This document shows, one piece after another, positions 1 through 9,365 of a stretch of DNA of 64,000 nucleotides; position 1 is the stretch's first letter; the number at the start of each line of letters is the position of its first letter. This stretch comes from a bacterium (GTDB lineage: Bacteria; Patescibacteriota; UBA1384; CAILIB01), in the NCBI GenBank assembly GCA_037131105.1, contig JBAXRQ010000001.1:258039-322038 (forward strand). Direction: 5' to 3'. The notes below the pieces were generated by a model. The model made no database searches. It saw only the letters and a program-made list of their open reading frames with translations, and was not told the origin of the DNA. A program made the translations under genes and the position numbers.

Positions 1-17
1 TCGTCTAGCCTACGCAT

Positions 18-413
18 ATGGAGACATATTACGATCGCGTATCTGAAAATGATCCGATTCTGCCAGCTCCTGTTGTGACGTTGCCCACCCGTCGCAAGGT
101 AATGCGGTTGTCTGACCGTATCGAACTTGGTGTGCTAGTGCTTCAATACTTGCTGATCGCCCGCATGGCACTGCTGGCTGCCGGATTCGGGAGTCTGGCG
201 CCCGCCTCAGGCTTTCTGAATATCACTGGCGTTGTGGTGCGCCCGCTGTATGCAGTGTTCCCATCTATTGTGATCGGACCCTACGTTCTTGAGCCAGCCT
301 CCGCCTTCCTATTGGTGGCTCTGAGCCTTGTCCTAGCTATTCTGACTATGGTTATAGACCGTATCCGTATGCGTCGCCGGGTACTTTCCAGGACGTTGAT
401 TCCGCATATGTAA
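18..413 (+). CDS. YggT-like membrane protein
   Basis: 131-aa ORF with hydrophobic segments and an 'FLNITGVVVRPL..VFP...LEPAS' pattern resembling YggT-family proteins. Confidence 0.5.
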   Translation: METYYDRVSENDPILPAPVVTLPTRRKVMRLSDRIELGVLVLQYLLIARMALLAAGFGSLAPASGFLNITGVVVRPLYAVFPSIVIGPYVLEPASAFLLVALSLVLAILTMVIDRIRMRRRVLSRTLIPHM

Positions 414-509
414 CGTTACTGTCGTATCCAATTGTCTGGACGGTTCCGCTCCTCATCGAATCTTGGAATCGCAACAAAAATACAGGCTTTGGCGACCTGT
501 CAGGCGTAT

Positions 510-674
510 TGATGTCCCCGGCTGGACATCTCTCGTCGCTCCGCTCTCAAAGGGCCCCGCTTCGCCGCTCGAGAGGTGTTAACTCGCGAACGGCCCTTTG
601 CGCTCGCATTGCTCGCTGAACCCGCCACGGGAGAACTCCCGTTCTCCCGACCCCTCTCCCGTTCGAGTCCAGCC
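510..674. repeat. tRNA-3'-anchored palindromic element, copy at tRNA-Arg(TCT)
   Basis: TGATGTCCCCGGCTGGAC (510-527) copies the tRNA 3' end at 17/18; GTTCGAGTCCAGCC (661-674) is an inverted copy of its T-arm; hairpin-rich body with CCACGG and CCGACCC motifs shared with other loci. Confidence 0.8.
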
Positions 675-685
675 TTAAAAACAAA

Positions 686-792
686 ACCAGCATATGCAGG
701 GGTAAGAAAAACTTTTGAGACGTATCCCGAAGGGATACTGTAGACAGGCTCCCTTGAGTCGATCAGTTTTTGCTACCCATGCGTATGCTGGT
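686..792. repeat. Palindrome carrying a ~60-nt loop element, copy 1
   Basis: Arms ACCAGCATATGCA.../...TGCGTATGCTGGT enclose TTTGAGACGTA...CCTTGAGTCGATCAGTTTT, also present at 4969-5024 and, inverted, at 34577-34638. Confidence 0.75.
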
Positions 793-865
793 GTCCCCGG
801 CTGGACTCGAACCAGCGACCTAAAGCTTAGAAGGCTTCCGCTCTATCCACCTGAGCTACGGGGAC
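789..865 (-). tRNA. tRNA-Arg (TCT)
   Basis: Reverse complement GTCCCCGTAGCTCAGGTGGATAGAGC...CTTCTAA...GGTTCGAGTCCAGCCGGGGACACCA forms a cloverleaf with encoded CCA. Confidence 0.97.
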
Positions 866-984
866 ACGTGGCCCTATACTACCAGAAGTAGCCTTTCATT
901 TGTACTTGTGACCTATCACCTTTACAAAACGCCTCTAATCTGGTAAAAGTATGGACGACGTAATGAAAGCCTGAGGAGAGAGAA

Positions 985-1842
985 GTGACACCTATGGTAC
1001 CGCCGGCTAGCAAGCCAAAAGAGACACTGAAGGACCGTGTCGAAAGGCTGACACGGGAACTGCGTTTTTGTGGCGAGATGCTGCTTTTTGTTCCCCACGA
1101 GATTCAAAACGCTATGCAGCGCATAATGGGCGGTGACTCTCTCACGAGAGCCATCGTTCGTAATAACGTGGCGCACGGTGTGGCGCAGGCGGTGGAAGAG
1201 CTGCTTGCCCTGGAAGAAAAGCCGAACTCAAAGGCCGTAAGAAGCCGAATGGAGGAGGTGCTGGATTATGAGATGGAGCCGGTCTTCTCGGTTCTTGAAA
1301 TCGCCAGCCGTGCCGCAAGTTTCATTTCCGCATTCCTAAAGACCGCCCTAGCCCTCCAGGATCCGTTTTTTAAAGAGGAGTGCGAGTGCAGCGCCCAGCT
1401 CCTACTCAGCCATGCCGAGGAGATCTACGGGGGCTATGCCAATCTGACTGGGGTGAGGGTCAACTTCAAATCGGAGGCGACACAGAATGTGACGGTTGCT
1501 CCAGGAAGAATTATCTTCGCCCTTGCGACGCTTCTGGGCAATGCCATTAAGGCGGCGGCCCAGTCAGAGTCGGGGTCGGGAGAGGTCTGGCTCATTGCCA
1601 CTGATGTCGAAGGCGAGCCGAATGTTAAGGTGAGCATCGTGGACAACGGCCCCGGACTTCTTCAGGACTGGGACGGTATTATCCAGAGCGCCGGCCAGCC
1701 CGACTTTCACCGCCAGCGAGGACCGGGCGGCAGGGGACAGGGCCTCCCACTGGCTGCCCATATTGTCGGCCCGACCCTTAGACTTGTTAACAATGAGTCC
1801 GGCCCCGGTGCCAACGCCAGCTTTCTGCTTCCGGCGGCGTGA
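985..1842 (+). CDS. Soluble histidine-kinase-like ATPase (HATPase_c)
   Basis: H-box-like HEIQNAM, N-box LLGNAIKA, G1 DNGPG, G2 GQGLPL; no transmembrane sensor. Confidence 0.75.
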   Translation: MTPMVPPASKPKETLKDRVERLTRELRFCGEMLLFVPHEIQNAMQRIMGGDSLTRAIVRNNVAHGVAQAVEELLALEEKPNSKAVRSRMEEVLDYEMEPVFSVLEIASRAASFISAFLKTALALQDPFFKEECECSAQLLLSHAEEIYGGYANLTGVRVNFKSEATQNVTVAPGRIIFALATLLGNAIKAAAQSESGSGEVWLIATDVEGEPNVKVSIVDNGPGLLQDWDGIIQSAGQPDFHRQRGPGGRGQGLPLAAHIVGPTLRLVNNESGPGANASFLLPAA

Positions 1843-1908
1843 ACGGCGGCGATTTAGAATTTGGAGGAAACCATATGATCGGGCGTCCCCATGAGGGGGC
1901 GCCGATTT

Positions 1909-2460
1909 TTATGCCGAAACGCTTGAGAGCAGCTCGTCCCAGCTTTCGATGCGGGTAGCTAGGCCCTCGGTATTATCACCTCGGTTGTACTTTTGTCCGA
2001 AGAGGATAAGCTTCGGGACGAGACCTTTCAGGTGCTCTAGTTTTTCTATGTCGTCGTCCACAAAGACTGCCTCCTCCTTGAGTGCTCCCTGCTTGCTGGT
2101 ATCGCGGCCGACCCCAACGCATTCACAGGTGATGTCGTGTGAGCTAAGCCACTTCCGGGCCATCTCCAGGCTCTTACCAGGACGGGAAGTGATGATCCTG
2201 ACCGTTCCCATATTCTGAAGGGCAGTGATACCTTTGATTGCCCCGGGAATTTCATTCATCGATAGTACATAGCTGGGGCTGGTGCAGGCGACTTCCTGGA
2301 CGGCCCGGTATTGGCTAAGGGAGAGCAGGTCTTTTTCCACCACTGTCCGCCCGTGCATGTCCTCGGGAGGGATCTCAACTCCGAACAGCTCTCGTGAGAC
2401 GCGGATCTTCAGTGAAGCATAGTCGGCGATGACGCCGTCGAAGTCGAGGCCGATATTCAT
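1909..2460 (-). CDS. HAD-family 5'(3')-nucleotidase (NT5C-like)
   Basis: N-terminal DFDGVIAD, ITSR and FVDD motifs. Confidence 0.8.
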   Translation of the reverse strand: MNIGLDFDGVIADYASLKIRVSRELFGVEIPPEDMHGRTVVEKDLLSLSQYRAVQEVACTSPSYVLSMNEIPGAIKGITALQNMGTVRIITSRPGKSLEMARKWLSSHDITCECVGVGRDTSKQGALKEEAVFVDDDIEKLEHLKGLVPKLILFGQKYNRGDNTEGLATRIESWDELLSSVSA

Positions 2461-2539
2461 GTGGGGGATTAGGGCTGTAGATTAAGGGTAGCAAATAGCG
2501 GGGGAGGGAGCTACGGCGGCTTTTTGCTATACTCATGAC

Positions 2540-3148
2540 ATGAACAACCCCCACGCCATAGCCGATCTCTATGACCGCTTCCTTGACGACGGCTATGCCT
2601 TGCTGGCATCTGATCCGAAGCACTACCCCCTACGCCCGGTTATGGAGCGGGTGCTACGCGACTATCCTTCCCAGATACGCGGGAAGACGGTGCTTGATCT
2701 GGGATGTGGACCTGGTCTCTTAAAAGGTATGACGGATTATGACCAGTATGCCGGGGTGGATGTGTCGCAGGACATGCTGAAGGCAGCGGCCTTGCGTGGC
2801 TACTCCGAACTGGTGCATGGGGCCCTACTCGACTTCTTGCCGACCGTGTCTGACGCGTCGTATGACTCAGTAATCTGCTTCAGCGTGGCCTACTTCCTGG
2901 ATCCGGAGGAGCTGTCTGAACTGGTGGGGCATATGCAGCGGGTGGCGGGAAGGTTCTGGCTGCTGACCTTGGACAGGATACCACCGGATCTGGCTGAGCA
3001 TTACATGGATACCGAAGGGATACGGATTTACGACCATACCGGCTTGGATATTCCCGGAGCCAAGGAACGGTTTACGGTGCCTGGGTGGAAGTCGGCCACA
3101 GACGGGAAGCAGATTCCTGTGGAAGTGGTGATAGGGGTAAGGGAATAA
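2540..3148 (+). CDS. Class I SAM-dependent methyltransferase
   Basis: VLDLGCGPG, GVDVSQDML motifs. Confidence 0.85.
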   Translation: MNNPHAIADLYDRFLDDGYALLASDPKHYPLRPVMERVLRDYPSQIRGKTVLDLGCGPGLLKGMTDYDQYAGVDVSQDMLKAAALRGYSELVHGALLDFLPTVSDASYDSVICFSVAYFLDPEELSELVGHMQRVAGRFWLLTLDRIPPDLAEHYMDTEGIRIYDHTGLDIPGAKERFTVPGWKSATDGKQIPVEVVIGVRE

Positions 3149-3241
3149 GGGGCGGGCTAGAAAGCAAACATCCCGCCGCTTAGCGTACTGCCAAGAGACG
3201 GGATGCGTTGATGCGTTGGGGATTTCTACGATATGGGTTCA

Positions 3242-3646
3242 CTAATGCAGTGGGGGAAGGACCTTGGTAGTGACTGAGTGCCACGTATTGCCAATGAGTT
3301 TCTGCCGTATCACTTTCGGGAGTGTTTTTGGGTCCTGCGAGAGGTCCTTATAGCGCGTCGGCCAGTGCCGCAGCTTCATCTCCGCGTCAAACCCTGTGGG
3401 AGACAGGGCGTTCATGGGGAGAAGGACGGCAGTCTCCTTGCTGCCGGCCCTGGTAACGTTTTCCAGGACGTATACGAATGTACTTTTTGTAGGGTCTGCC
3501 TCGGATGACTTGAGGCAGGTGCCCATGAGGAAGCTTGGCTCTGCAGCCTTGGCTGGCTTTCGGGCTGGTTTGCCATTTCCGCTCTGGGCGGTAACGACGG
3601 TGAAGAACAGGGCGATTACTAGTGCCGCTCTCAAACGATAAAACAT
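3242..3646 (-). CDS. Hypothetical secreted protein
   Basis: 134-aa ORF with signal-peptide-like N-terminus and upstream AAGGAG. Confidence 0.6.
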   Translation of the reverse strand: MFYRLRAALVIALFFTVVTAQSGNGKPARKPAKAAEPSFLMGTCLKSSEADPTKSTFVYVLENVTRAGSKETAVLLPMNALSPTGFDAEMKLRHWPTRYKDLSQDPKTLPKVIRQKLIGNTWHSVTTKVLPPLH

Positions 3647-3820
3647 GGTGCGCTCCTTTGTCGGTGGGGTCTGTAGAAATCCTTACAACGCACGGAGCGA
3701 GAGGGGGTCTCAATCCGTGCGCGGTAAGGATGCATGTCAAATTACAGGAACAGTCTACGTATATCAGTAAAGTAACTGGTGTGCAATTCGGAGGGCGCTC
3801 GCGTTCCCAGCTTCCTAAGA

Positions 3821-4708
3821 TTAGGTAAGCAACAAGCCGACAATAGAAAAGAGTATTCCGATCATCTTTCTATACGCATGGTCTCGTTCTTTCAGTAGCA
3901 GATAGCTGGCGATAAAGATAAAGACGATCTTGAACGTCGTTACTGAAGATATCAGCGATACGTTGCTGGCCAAGGAACTTGCTAGCGCGAATGTGGCAAA
4001 CTGGCCGAAGCGCAGCAGTCCAAGCCAGAATATCCCCGACGTCTCAACCCTATAGTCCACCGGTCTCGACTTCCTGATATATGGCAGGGCAAAGAGCAGC
4101 GAGGCCAGAGTTTGAATACCATAGCCAACGACAAAGTAGGAGCCGATACTGCTCCCCCTTATCGCTCCTCGTTCTGCAATGAGGGCCAGGCCCAAGACCA
4201 GGGACGCTCCGAATGCGATCCAAGTATAGGGAGAAAAGCGAAGGGTTTCCTTGCTGAACCCTTTGACTGAAACGATCACCGCGCCCAGAACCAGCAGAAT
4301 CATTCCAACGGCTTGCTGCGCCGTTAGTCCTTCATGCAGAACGATTGTCGCGCCTATAATGGTAATGGGTGTGTAGAGATTGGCGATTATCGCAAACTGG
4401 GTTGCGTCAACCTCCTTCTGGCACTTAAGCGACAAGATATTGTACAGACTTTGGAATAGTCCTGCCGCTGCCATGGTCAGGATCAGGCCTACGTTTATTC
4501 CGTTTGGAAACCAGTCTCTCTCTATGAGTGCCCATATAATGCCCAGGGGTACTATGATGGCTGCCTGGGATAGTAAGGAAGCCACGGTAGGATGAAGCTT
4601 TGTTTTCTGGGCAAAAACCCGCCGCTGCAATGAGCTGGCGGTTGCAACGATAAAGTACGCTAGTAAAACAAGTTGCCAATTACTCATGTTCATAACTATA
4701 GCAAACAA
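3821..4708 (-). CDS. EamA/DMT family transporter
   Basis: About 10 TM helices in two repeats, LHEGLT and LLKER motifs; start codon uncertain. Confidence 0.85.
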   Translation of the reverse strand: MFAIVMNMSNWQLVLLAYFIVATASSLQRRVFAQKTKLHPTVASLLSQAAIIVPLGIIWALIERDWFPNGINVGLILTMAAAGLFQSLYNILSLKCQKEVDATQFAIIANLYTPITIIGATIVLHEGLTAQQAVGMILLVLGAVIVSVKGFSKETLRFSPYTWIAFGASLVLGLALIAERGAIRGSSIGSYFVVGYGIQTLASLLFALPYIRKSRPVDYRVETSGIFWLGLLRFGQFATFALASSLASNVSLISSVTTFKIVFIFIASYLLLKERDHAYRKMIGILFSIVGLLLT

Positions 4709-4749
4709 TCAGCGTGAGAGTTCAGTGCTTTTGACCTCTGCGGAGTAGA

Positions 4750-4930
4750 GGGGGACATTTCACATGCTGCTTCGCCGCTTTCTGCCCGAGCGCAGAAGCG
4801 CGAGCGCATTTGAGAACCCACGGTTCTCAACGAAAGCCTTTGGCTTTCTGCTCTCCTCCACGGAAACCCTCCCCGGTTAAGTGCTTCGCACCGCTTCGCG
4901 ATCGAACCTTCCGACGTTCAAGTCCCTTCC
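4750..4930. repeat. tRNA-3'-anchored palindromic element, distal copy for tRNA-Arg(TCG)
   Basis: TTGAGAACCCACGGTTCTCAACG (4810-4832) is identical to 16540-16562; ends in GTTCAAGTCCCT, the inverted T-arm of tRNA-Arg(TCG). Confidence 0.8.
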
Positions 4931-4940
4931 ATAATTACTG

Positions 4941-5046
4941 AAGAAACAAAGAGAGGCCCCAGAAAAATTTTGAGACGTACTCCGGATGAGTTCAGTGAGA
5001 ACCTTCCTTGAGTCGATCAGTTTTCTGGGGCCTCTCTTTGTTTCTT
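4941..5046. repeat. Palindrome carrying a ~60-nt loop element, copy 2
   Basis: Arms AAGAAACAAAGAGAGGCCCCAGAAAA / TTTTCTGGGGCCTCTCTTTGTTTCTT around TTTGAGACGTA...CCTTGAGTCGATCAG. Confidence 0.8.
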
Positions 5047-5188
5047 TGGTGCGCCCGGAGGACTTTCACGTCGCTTCGCTCATCGGGAACCCACGGTTCC
5101 CGACGGATTTGCTAAGGACAGATAAATCCTGCCCTCCTCCACGGAAACCCTCCCCGGTTTCCGACCCTTCGGACGTTCAAGTCCCTCC
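5047..5188. repeat. tRNA-3'-anchored palindromic element, proximal copy for tRNA-Arg(TCG)
   Basis: TGGTGCGCCCGGAGG (5047-5061) equals tRNA 8261-8275; GTTCAAGTCCCTCC is the inverted T-arm; 28 nt at 5143-5170 are identical to 52587-52614. Confidence 0.85.
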
Positions 5189-5354
5189 GTTCTTTGACAA
5201 AGCAAAAAGAGCATCCTTGGATGCTCTTTTTGCTTTGGTGCCCTGGGTGCACCTACGTTCGAACTCTTTCTAAAATGGATTGACCATTTAAGGATGGCAT
5301 ACCTAGACGCTGACTCAGTAGAGTCATCTGAAGATACGCCATCCTAGGCAAGCA

Positions 5355-6920
5355 TTATTTCAACGAGAGCGCAAGAATAGCCTCGGTGATGCGTCCAATA
5401 CTTATCGGATCGTGCCAGTCTACTTTGGTAACTGTAATCTGATGCTTTCTCCATGCGCCAATCCCTCTCTTATGATCAGCTATTTCGTCGTCGACGGTTA
5501 TGGATGCAAAGAAGGCCCGACAAAAATATTGGCGGATGATCGGGTTGGCTTTTAAAAAGGCCTTACCAACATCCAAGCTTTGAGCCAGCGCTAAGGCCCT
5601 GTCTCTTCTACCGGTGATGATAGCTAACCGTTTTTCAGCTTCGGCTATAACTTCGGTTGCCTGCGCAATGTCTTTAGCAATTCGTTTCTGGTCTTTCTTT
5701 AATAAGACTCCCGGAACCAGTTTTTCGTAGTAAGCCTGCAGAAGATTCTCCTGGGCAACCTCAAGCTTAGTAAGTCGTTGTTTCTGCTGCTTGACGTCGT
5801 CTTCGGCATAGCGTTGTTCCTCGCGTAATTCTTCATGTATTTTTTGTGCCAACTCGATATGCTCAGTCTCAGAGAATGAGAGCTTATTGAGTGTTGTAAT
5901 TACTACCTTTTCCAGTGAGTCAGCGGGGATGTAGGGTTGCGTACAACCTGCATGCTGTCGATTTATGCAGAAAAAGTAGGAGTAACGGCGTTTCGTTATA
6001 GTATGACAAAGACGACGATTGCACCTGGCACAGATAAGGAGACCAGCAAGACAGTGGAAATGCTTGCGGTCCTTACGTCTGGAGCCAGAATGACTGAGTC
6101 TAACTGCCTGGACGGCTGCGAAGACCGCGGGAGTAACAAGCGGCTGATGGTTTCCCTTATATTCCACACCGTTATAGCTGACGTAGCCGATATAGTAGCG
6201 GTTACACAGTAGGCGAGCCAACCCGCTCCTGCTTATCGGATGAGCAGGTGAGCGGTTGGTAGCTCGCATCCGAAAGCCTCGCCTAGTGAGTTCCGTGAGG
6301 AGATGCCGATCCGTGTAATCCCCGGTGGCGTAGCGTTCAAGGGCGAAGCGTGCAAAATGAGCCCTATCCGGGTCGGGGATTACCGTGCGTATTTCTCGTC
6401 GGTTTGCTCGCTCTATCACGTTAAGGTAGCCAATCGGGGCCTGGAAGGGAGTACCACCCTGCTTGGCCTTCTCAGTCGCCCCTTTCAAGGCCTCAGCCGC
6501 TAGGTTTCCACTATAGAACTCTGCGATAGTGGCCATAATGCCGTGGAGCAGTCTGCCTGAGGGGGTTTCATCGATGTTCTCCGTAACCGAGACCAGTTGG
6601 GCTCCGCCTTTTTGAATGGCCAGGCCGATCACGACGTCGTCATGGAGATTCCTCGCTAGACGATCAAGTTTATGAACAATAACGTAGTCGAAGGCCTTTT
6701 TTTCAGAAAGATCACGAAGCAACAGTTGTAGTGCGGGTCGAGCAGCCGAGCGGGCACTTTCTCCCCGGTCAACGTATTCCCTGATACTTTTAGCTCCAAG
6801 ATCCTGAGCCTTGCGTTTGCAGGCTTCCCGCTGCGCAGGTATGGAGAACCCGTCGCGGTTGGTATTGCCCTTTGTCGCCTGGTCGAGCGTAGACACTCGA
6901 AGATAGATGGCTACTTTCAT
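5355..6920 (-). CDS. Large serine recombinase (resolvase + recombinase + zinc-ribbon domains)
   Basis: YLRVST catalytic motif, HKLDRLARN, APIGYLN, CARC...YFFC...C zinc ribbon, coiled coil. Confidence 0.95.
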   Translation of the reverse strand: MKVAIYLRVSTLDQATKGNTNRDGFSIPAQREACKRKAQDLGAKSIREYVDRGESARSAARPALQLLLRDLSEKKAFDYVIVHKLDRLARNLHDDVVIGLAIQKGGAQLVSVTENIDETPSGRLLHGIMATIAEFYSGNLAAEALKGATEKAKQGGTPFQAPIGYLNVIERANRREIRTVIPDPDRAHFARFALERYATGDYTDRHLLTELTRRGFRMRATNRSPAHPISRSGLARLLCNRYYIGYVSYNGVEYKGNHQPLVTPAVFAAVQAVRLSHSGSRRKDRKHFHCLAGLLICARCNRRLCHTITKRRYSYFFCINRQHAGCTQPYIPADSLEKVVITTLNKLSFSETEHIELAQKIHEELREEQRYAEDDVKQQKQRLTKLEVAQENLLQAYYEKLVPGVLLKKDQKRIAKDIAQATEVIAEAEKRLAIITGRRDRALALAQSLDVGKAFLKANPIIRQYFCRAFFASITVDDEIADHKRGIGAWRKHQITVTKVDWHDPISIGRITEAILALSLK

Positions 6921-7095
6921 AGGTGACTCCTTCCGGTAAGTTACTGGTAAGTAGCCCTACTGTAGTTGGTATTCCACCTGGTCAATAAGTCATGACATAC
7001 GTTATGCAAGCAACTAAAATGAGACAGTAGAAAAACAGCCCAATCGGGCTGTTTTTCTACGGCTACGAATGTCTGGAAAAGATGGAGGCCCAGCC

Positions 7096-7995
7096 CTAGT
7101 TCTTTTTTGAGGTGTCGATAAAGCCAGCGCCAATCTTCCACACTCCTTTTTCCCTAAAAGCGGGAATAGTCTGCCGGGCGGCGGCATTTAAAAGCCTCGG
7201 CAGATAGATCTCATGACTTTTTGCATACTCAGCAACGTCGACTATCTCCTCACCCTTAAGATAGGTGATCCGCCGGTGAAGCGATTCCAACAGCGCTAAG
7301 TAGAGCACGCGCTCCAAGGTATCCGTTTTCTTGGTATCCCGATAATCGTGAAACGCCCGGTAGTAGGTCTTTTTCTCCTTGTTGCGGATGATGAGGATGG
7401 GGTACCCCATGCGGAGCAACTGGTAGTTAATGAGTATACGGCCGATACGTCCATTACCGTCGTTAAATGGGTGGATCGTTTCAAAATCCAGGTGAAACTT
7501 GGCGATTCTTTCCAGGAAATAGGTGGTGTGCTCGCTGGAGTGGCCCACAAGCAGATCTTCCATTAAACGCCCTATCTGCTCTGGCGCCGGGGCGATATGG
7601 GTACCGACACGCACATATTCGCCGCTCTTCCTGAATCTTCCGGCAATCGGGTCATCGATCGTGGCAATCAGCATCTGATGGAGGAAAAGGATCAGCTCCT
7701 CGCTAAGCTCCGCCTCTTGCGACTTGTGACGCACGTATTCCATGACCCGAGCCAGGTTCTTTGCCTCGTAGACCTCGCGCAAGTCAACGTCACGGGAGAT
7801 CTCCATTTCCAAGAGGATCTTCTCCGTCTCCTTAAGAGTCAGAGTAGAGTTCTCAATGGCATTGGAGTTGTAGACGCTCTCGGGAATTTCTGATTCGTCC
7901 AGTATACTAACCAATGATTCCTTGCCAATACGAAGCAGGTCGTACTGCTTCTTACGCTCCTGTAGTATGTTTTTGAGGGGGTTGGTAGTAGGCAT
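7096..7995 (-). CDS. Fic family protein
   Basis: Canonical HPFNDGNGRIGR motif; N-terminal SNAIEN inhibitory motif. Confidence 0.95.
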   Translation of the reverse strand: MPTTNPLKNILQERKKQYDLLRIGKESLVSILDESEIPESVYNSNAIENSTLTLKETEKILLEMEISRDVDLREVYEAKNLARVMEYVRHKSQEAELSEELILFLHQMLIATIDDPIAGRFRKSGEYVRVGTHIAPAPEQIGRLMEDLLVGHSSEHTTYFLERIAKFHLDFETIHPFNDGNGRIGRILINYQLLRMGYPILIIRNKEKKTYYRAFHDYRDTKKTDTLERVLYLALLESLHRRITYLKGEEIVDVAEYAKSHEIYLPRLLNAAARQTIPAFREKGVWKIGAGFIDTSKKN

Positions 7996-8015
7996 AATAT
8001 ATGACTAAAGTATAC

Positions 8016-8082
8016 AATATTCACGACGTAATGTCAATATACCGTGAATATTAGTTGTTTTCGTCATATATTCACGGTATAT
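8016..8082. promoter_or_regulatory. Operator-like repeats upstream of the Fic gene
   Basis: 15-bp perfect inverted repeat ATATACCGTGAATAT (8037-8051) / ATATTCACGGTATAT (8068-8082), plus a third ATATTCACG at 8017-8025. Confidence 0.5.
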
Positions 8083-8260
8083 GCGGAGTTTCTCTTCTTT
8101 TACCTCTCATAGAGTTCGATAATAAGACTGAAAAAGTATAACCTTCAGTTTAGACCTGAACAACCCTGGTGTTAATCGAACTTTTTTAACCTGATAATTA
8201 TTACAAAAGAGAGCTCGATCGAGCTCTCTTTTGTTGTTTCTAACCTGTCAACTTAACATT

Positions 8261-8337
8261 TGGTGCGCCCGGAGGGACTTGAACCCCCGGCCTTCTGGTT
8301 CGAAGCCAGACGCTCTATCCAACTGAGCTACAGGCGC
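8261..8337 (-). tRNA. tRNA-Arg (TCG)
   Basis: GCGCCTGTAGCTCAGTTGGATAGAGC...TCTGG CTTCGAA CCAGA...GGTTCAAGTCCCTCCGGGCGCACCA. Confidence 0.97.
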
Positions 8338-8529
8338 GAGTGAGGAACTGGCTGCCAAGCTTGCTTGGTCAGGTAGGTCCGAGCGAGTGCCTGCGTCACG
8401 TAGTGACGCGGCGCGAAGTGCTATGTATTCACCTCGCCTTCTCGACGGCCTTTACAATACCAGAACTACTCCTATTTCTCCAGGGGATGCATCTGATATA
8501 CTGGAGCTTGTCTTACCTATCCGCTCCCT

Positions 8530-9120
8530 ATGCTCCATATCCTGCGGAACCTGATCTCACATTACGGCCTCTTCGGCATGTTCGTCTCGGTGGCTATAGA
8601 GAACCTGGGGTTGCCGCTACCCACCGAGCCGGCCTACCTGGTCGGCCAGGCCCTTATCACTGACGGGTCTCATTCCTGGTGGGTGATCCAGGTCGTACTG
8701 TACCTTGGCCATACGGCGGGTGCCTGCGCCTCCTACTGGATGGGTCGTCGCATTGGTATTAAGATGAAGGGCGACCATAGCCAGTTTACCGATACCCAGA
8801 AGCGGATCGCCGGCTGGTTTGAGAAGTACGGCTATATTACGGTATTTGCTACTCGTCTTATCGGCTATGTCAGGCCCTGGAGCTCGTATGTGGCTGGTAT
8901 TGCCGAAGTGCCCTTTGTACCCTTCTTGCTACTAAGCTCAGCCGGCACCATCATCCTGAACCTTATCTGTCTGGCTTTTGCTAGCAAGTTCATCTGGTTA
9001 TGGGCCTCGTTCCCGATTGCCCGGATACTGATCACCTTTTCTTGTCTGATTGGTGTGGTCCTGCTGGCGTTCCAGGGATACAGGAAACACATGACCAAGA
9101 AGAATAAGCAGGAGGCATGA
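8530..9120 (+). CDS. DedA family membrane protein
   Basis: ENLGLPLPTE, YWMGRR, FATRLIGYVR motifs. Confidence 0.9.
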   Translation: MLHILRNLISHYGLFGMFVSVAIENLGLPLPTEPAYLVGQALITDGSHSWWVIQVVLYLGHTAGACASYWMGRRIGIKMKGDHSQFTDTQKRIAGWFEKYGYITVFATRLIGYVRPWSSYVAGIAEVPFVPFLLLSSAGTIILNLICLAFASKFIWLWASFPIARILITFSCLIGVVLLAFQGYRKHMTKKNKQEA

Positions 9121-9365
9121 AGAAACAAGCCCGTCGTACGTATGAGTTTGTCGGCTGGGCCGGCATGGCAGCTATTCTGCTCGGCTATTTCCTGATCAGT
9201 TTTTCCTACCTGCAGCCGCGAGGTATCCCGTACCAGCTGCTTACCGGCTTGGGCTCGCTCGGACTGGTGCTGCATTCGTATATAAAGCGTGACTACCAGC
9301 CTCTGGTACTTAATCTGATCTGGCTGGCTATCGCCGTAACAGTTATTCTTATCGTCATCCTTTAG
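9117..9365 (+). CDS. Small membrane protein (CBU_0592-like)
   Basis: GWAG...YFLIS...YQLL...LNLIW pattern; overlaps the dedA stop codon. Confidence 0.7.
   Translation: MKKQARRTYEFVGWAGMAAILLGYFLISFSYLQPRGIPYQLLTGLGSLGLVLHSYIKRDYQPLVLNLIWLAIAVTVILIVIL

Larger units (their letters stand above)
5236..8266. mobile_element. Putative LSR-Fic integrative element at the tRNA-Arg(TCG) 3' end
   Basis: Bounded by TGGTGC at 5236-5241 (directly after a terminator-like hairpin) and by the tRNA end at 8261; carries a recombinase and a Fic gene. Confidence 0.65.

Noticed and set aside
4986-5273. ORFs across the palindromic elements (also 13627-14106, 16564-17040, 52384-52716, 57659-57884)
   Set aside because: They overlap tRNA/tmRNA genes and GC-rich hairpins and have no protein-like features.
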